Under the pieces are notes generated by a model that saw only the letters and a list, made by a program, of their open reading frames with translations, did not search any database and was not told where the DNA came from. From contig JBBRLI010000002.1 of NCBI GenBank assembly GCA_038231455.1, positions 32,001 through 96,000 on the forward strand: 64,000 nt of DNA. Reading direction: 5' to 3'. How positions within the stretch are numbered: position 1 is the first letter of the stretch; each line of letters begins with the position of its first letter. The position numbers were made by a program, and so were the translations under genes. The stretch is from Vulcanimicrobiales bacterium. GTDB taxonomy: Bacteria > Vulcanimicrobiota > Vulcanimicrobiia > Vulcanimicrobiales > Vulcanimicrobiaceae. Positions 60,306-64,000 of this stretch are shown here, in pieces.

Positions 60306-62377
60306 GTCCCTTTGTCCGCTCCGATGTAGCGGATGTATTTTATCGTTGCGGAGGGACGCGTGATGAACGCACTCGCGTCACCGTAGACGAAGTAGAGTTC
60401 ATCGTGCTTGCGGCGCTGCGAGAATGCGAACGACACGTTCGTCCCAAGGACGAACTGCGGTAGCGTGCCGACCGGCGGCGGGGCGCCGACGATTTTTCGC
60501 GCTCCGACCGAGAACGAACCGTTCGCCCCAAGCGTATAGGTGAGACTCGCGCGTTCGAGTCACTGCGTCGCTCGTGTGTGGTTATCGCCAAACCAGTCGG
60601 TGGTATCGGCGCGCAACGTCACCGTCGTGCGCGGCCCACCGAGGTGGAACGATGCCAAGCGCTGCGTCGAGACCAGATTTCCATCGGCAAATCGACCTTT
60701 CTGAATACCGATCGAATCTTGCGTTGCCGTGCCGAGCAGATAATCTACGTTGATTCCGTTTTGGTTGAAGGGCCGCAGCAGGTCGCCGGGGAGCCGCACG
60801 TAGGACGAGCCCGTGGAGATAACGGCCGAGAGCTTTTTCTTCGTAAATGCATTCATGTAGACGTTGTAGTCGGCGAGATTCGTGCCCCCGGTCGATGCCA
60901 CGTAGTGATCGACGAAGGCGCCGTATCCCATTTGCGTGATCGGCTTTTCCGGTCCGAATTTTTGAGTGTGATTGGCTTGCGCGCTGTACCCCGCAAGATC
61001 CGTTAATTGCACGAAGCCATCGTAGGGACTAAAGTATTTCCCGACCTTGCGCGCGCTAACCGAGTAGAAATCGCGTTTGCTCGACCAGCCGAGCCCCGCG
61101 TCGAGGCGCTCTGCGCTTGCGTTATCGAGGACGAGCGTCCCGCGGTCGGCGCTGTAGTTGACGTAGGCCAACAGGTTCTTGTTGCTGTTGTAAAAGAGAT
61201 CCATCGTCTGCGTGACATCGTGGATATCGCCCTGACTTCGACCGAGGTCCGCACTCTCGCGAGAAAATGAGACCGCATAGTGGCGATCGTCGGTCCGCCA
61301 CGTCAGACCCTGCGCCGTATCGATTCGGCCGTTGCCGACGGCATCGAATGCACCGAAATTGAAGCGGCCTTGCGTCCCTTCAATTTGGTAGCCATCACGC
61401 GGCGTTGGAATCGCCGGCGTATAGAGTTCGCTGATCCCCGGACAACCGAAGCAATCCGTATTGTCATAAAAGTGCGCCCCTTGCGTAAAAAACGGGCGTA
61501 CCTCATTGAACGAACGGCGGAACGCGGTCGGCGAGATCGTTTCTTGATCGCGCTCGACGTTGGAATAGTCGGGATGGATCGTGCTCACAAAAGAGGCGGT
61601 CGACGTAATCGGTATGGCAATGTCGGCACCGGCTCGCGACGTCGATCCGCCGACGTCCGCTGTTGCGCGTTCACCTAAGGTATAGAAACCGATGCGCGGT
61701 TTGGTTTTGGCCGCCGTACTGACGAGCCCCGCGAGCGTGCCGGCGTATTGCGACTCCGCGACACTCTGCTGGCTTGGGTTATGCGACCACTCGAAGGTCT
61801 CGTTGTCGTGCTGTTTTCGGCGAGCAAACTGCACGAGCCATTGCGTGCGGCCGTCTCCGCGAATCGCGGCGAGCGGAATCTTCATTGTAACGGAGTAGCC
61901 ATCGCCGCGCACGATCCCCGCCGACTGCCACTCGGGTGAATACGCGGAATTCTCGGATGAGGTCTGATAGTGAATTCCGCGCGGCGTAGCCGCAAAGCTG
62001 TAGAAAAATCCGTTCTTCCCGCTCGGCCAGAGGAACACGTCGACCTCGTCGTCTGTTCCTTGCCCGACGTTGTTGGTCTGCTGCGTCGCGACGATGTCGT
62101 TTTTCTGTTGCGCGTCGAAGGCGACGTACAGATACGCCTTGTCTGCGGCGACGTAGACGTCGGTCGATTCCGGCGCCAGCCGATTGAGCGTGTAATCCCA
62201 CGCGAGCGTGAGATGCGTCCCGGCCTTCCATCCCTCGCGGATCGTGCCGTCGATCGGCAATGGCGCTTTGCTTTCGGCGGCTTGCAGCGCGAACGTTTGC
62301 GAGCTAAGCTCGTCTGCACTTGCAGCAAGCGGTACGCACGCGACGATCGCCGCCAGAAGAAGAATCGATCGGTTCAC
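60302..62377 (-). pseudogene. Secreted carbohydrate-binding (CBM9-like) / beta-barrel-like protein interrupted by an in-frame TGA (60560-60562)
   Basis: Signal peptide, PIDG..YLYVAF CBM9-like N-terminus, HPDYSNVE, RPFF. The frame continues past TGA as LERASLTYTL...ELYFVYGD...KYIRYIGADKGT to TAA 60302. Confidence 0.75.
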
Positions 62378-62829
62378 GGCAACTCCGGCGTCGGCAGCAG
62401 AAGGTTGGTTCCGGAAATCGTCGCGCCGCTGAGGTTCACTCCGCTCAGACGCGCGCCGGTCAAATTCGCATCGGTGAGATCGGCACCTTGGAGATTTGCG
62501 CCGGTCAACCGTGCGCCGTGCAAATCGGCGTGTCGCAGGTTCGCCTGCGAAAGATCGCTGCCGGTGAGATTCGCATCGTGGAGATCCGCGCCCTCAAGAT
62601 TCGCGTGCGTCAGGTTCGCGCCGCTGAGCGAGATTCCGTGAACGTCGGCGCCGCGCAAATCGATGCCGTGCAGATCGCAGCCCGTGCAGCGAAAGAAATT
62701 CGGCAGCCGCATGTGCACCGAGATGAAGGCCGGCGGTTCGGGTGGGATCGGTTGCGGTGCGTCGTGATGATGGGGCGCGAGAAGCAGTCCCGCAAGAAAA
62801 GCGCCAAGGCCGATTGCGATTCCATCCAT
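62374..62829 (-). CDS. Pentapeptide-repeat protein, exported/membrane-anchored
   Basis: Hydrophobic N-terminus, CTGCDL, then A(D/N)LxG repeats. Confidence 0.88.
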   Translation of the reverse strand: MDGIAIGLGAFLAGLLLAPHHHDAPQPIPPEPPAFISVHMRLPNFFRCTGCDLHGIDLRGADVHGISLSGANLTHANLEGADLHDANLTGSDLSQANLRHADLHGARLTGANLQGADLTDANLTGARLSGVNLSGATISGTNLLLPTPELP

Positions 62830-62867
62830 ACAACTATATCCTTAAGAGTCGAGTGCAGAAAAATAGA

Positions 62868-64000
62868 CTAGAACGTCGCGCGGCTCATGTCCGAGCCGGT
62901 GAAGCTGGCACCGGTCACGTTTGCGCCTTTGAGGTTGGTGCCGTTCATATCGCAGCCGATTAGCTGCGCGCCGCGCAAATCGGCGCCCGCAAGGTTCACA
63001 GAGCGAAGGTCGGCGCCGCTTAGGTGAGCGTCGCGTAAATCGGCGTGCCCGAGGTCCGCACCGCGAAAGTCCGCTCCGCTCAACCGGATACCGTGAAGGT
63101 CGGCGTTGCGCAGATTCGCGTTGCGTAGATCGCAGCCGGAGCAATCGTGTAAGAGGTCACGCGTGTATTGACCTTCGCTCAAGTGAACCCGTCCGATCTC
63201 GGAGCCGGAGAGTTTGACGCCGCCAAGCTGCGCGCCCTCGAGGTTCACATCGATGAGCGACGTCCCAAAGAGGCGAGCGTTGCGTAAATCGGCACCTTGC
63301 AAAGCGGCTCCCCGTAAATCGACTCCTGTGAGCGTAGAGCCGTTCAGATTCGCTCCGCTCAAATCCGCGCCGCGTAAGTTGATGCCGGTGAGTGATTTGC
63401 CGGCGAGATTGATTCCGGAGAGGTCGCGACCGTGAAAATCGCACCCGAGGCACCGGATGACGACCTCGGCCGGAATGGGTCCACCCAGCGGAGCCGATTT
63501 ATGCAAGCGGAGCTGGCGCAGTGGTCCGTTGCCATCGGGAAGTTCGACGCGGAGTTCCGGAATCGACGGACGGATCACAATCGTACGGGAGCGCGGAGCG
63601 AGGCTCGCACTTGGAGCCGGTTCGGGGACGGGCGCGACACCGAGGGGCGGTATCGTCGGCGTAGCGGCCATCGCTTCCGCTGCTGCGGCGAGCGCTGCGC
63701 TGGCAACGCTCGTATCGACGAGCGCCTTCTGTTGCAGCTTGCGGATGGATTGCTCGAGCTCGATTTTGTCGGGATGTTGTCCGCGCAAGATGACGATCTT
63801 GCGTTCGAGGATGCGCGTGTCGGCGCCGCGATGTTCGCGCGCAACATCTTGAATGTGCTGGAGCGCTTGGCGCTGTCCGGGCGTCAGCGGCGTTGGGGCA
63901 CTGCGCGGTTCGGCCACGACGAGTGGGGTCGTCGGCAGCTCTTGAAGTGCGATCGATTTTCGCGTATCGCCGACGATGAAGTTGGGAGCGGGAATCGTGG
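62868..64000 (-). CDS. Pentapeptide-repeat protein, C-terminal part (frame open to the window end)
   Basis: Two repeat blocks, starting CLGCDF and CSGCDL; Pro-rich linker; no stop between 63917 and 64000. Confidence 0.88.
   Translation of the reverse strand, partial: TIPAPNFIVGDTRKSIALQELPTTPLVVAEPRSAPTPLTPGQRQALQHIQDVAREHRGADTRILERKIVILRGQHPDKIELEQSIRKLQQKALVDTSVASAALAAAAEAMAATPTIPPLGVAPVPEPAPSASLAPRSRTIVIRPSIPELRVELPDGNGPLRQLRLHKSAPLGGPIPAEVVIRCLGCDFHGRDLSGINLAGKSLTGINLRGADLSGANLNGSTLTGVDLRGAALQGADLRNARLFGTSLIDVNLEGAQLGGVKLSGSEIGRVHLSEGQYTRDLLHDCSGCDLRNANLRNADLHGIRLSGADFRGADLGHADLRDAHLSGADLRSVNLAGADLRGAQLIGCDMNGTNLKGANVTGASFTGSDMSRATF

Noticed and set aside
43836-60562. Genome-wide stop-codon reassignment (TAG or TGA) as the explanation for the two in-frame stops
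   Set aside because: Well-conserved genes here end correctly at TAG (clpC, murQ, pccB) and at TGA (mtnB, mtnD, anmK), so both codons act as stops.
60544-60562. Selenocysteine insertion at the TGA
   Set aside because: The context suggests Trp rather than Cys, and the small stem includes the stop itself instead of forming a downstream SECIS.
62400-63430. Repetitive DNA resembling a CRISPR or tandem array
   Set aside because: The 15-nt periodicity is degenerate and explained by pentapeptide-repeat coding; there are no identical repeats with unique spacers and no cas genes.

Overview
GC-rich bacterial chromosomal window with about 60 tightly packed CDSs. I recognised no rRNA, tRNA, CRISPR array or intact mobile element. 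The gene repertoire resembles a soil Terrabacteria lineage such as Ca. Eremiobacterota (inference only). Main blocks: (1) mtnB-mtnD-mtnC followed by a TPR/ATP-grasp-like protein and a coupled group II PLP decarboxylase; (2) cidA/lrgB; (3) a desaturase and secreted hydrolases; (4) a peptidoglycan-recycling operon (ABC ATPase, nagZ, serine hydrolase, anmK, sugar kinase, murQ); (5) c-di-GMP genes and a SpoIIE-type phosphatase around methylmalonyl-CoA mutase/epimerase; (6) an acyl-CoA carboxylase cluster with fabI inside it; (7) a soluble chemoreceptor fused to a TRAP DctP domain; (8) an ECF sigma/anti-sigma pair; (9) a xanthine-dehydrogenase-family molybdoenzyme operon with a TMEM175 channel; (10) livHMGF, clpC and a SWIM-SNF2 helicase; (11) a secreted beta-rich protein and two pentapeptide-repeat proteins. 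The best leads for undescribed biology are the MCP-DctP fusion and the TPR-ATP-grasp/decarboxylase pair beside methionine salvage. Also notable: two single in-frame stops that each perfect a local inverted repeat, an RBS-sequestering leader under a SigB-like promoter, and a probable eroded vapBC relic. No database searches were run; all family calls come from motif reading.
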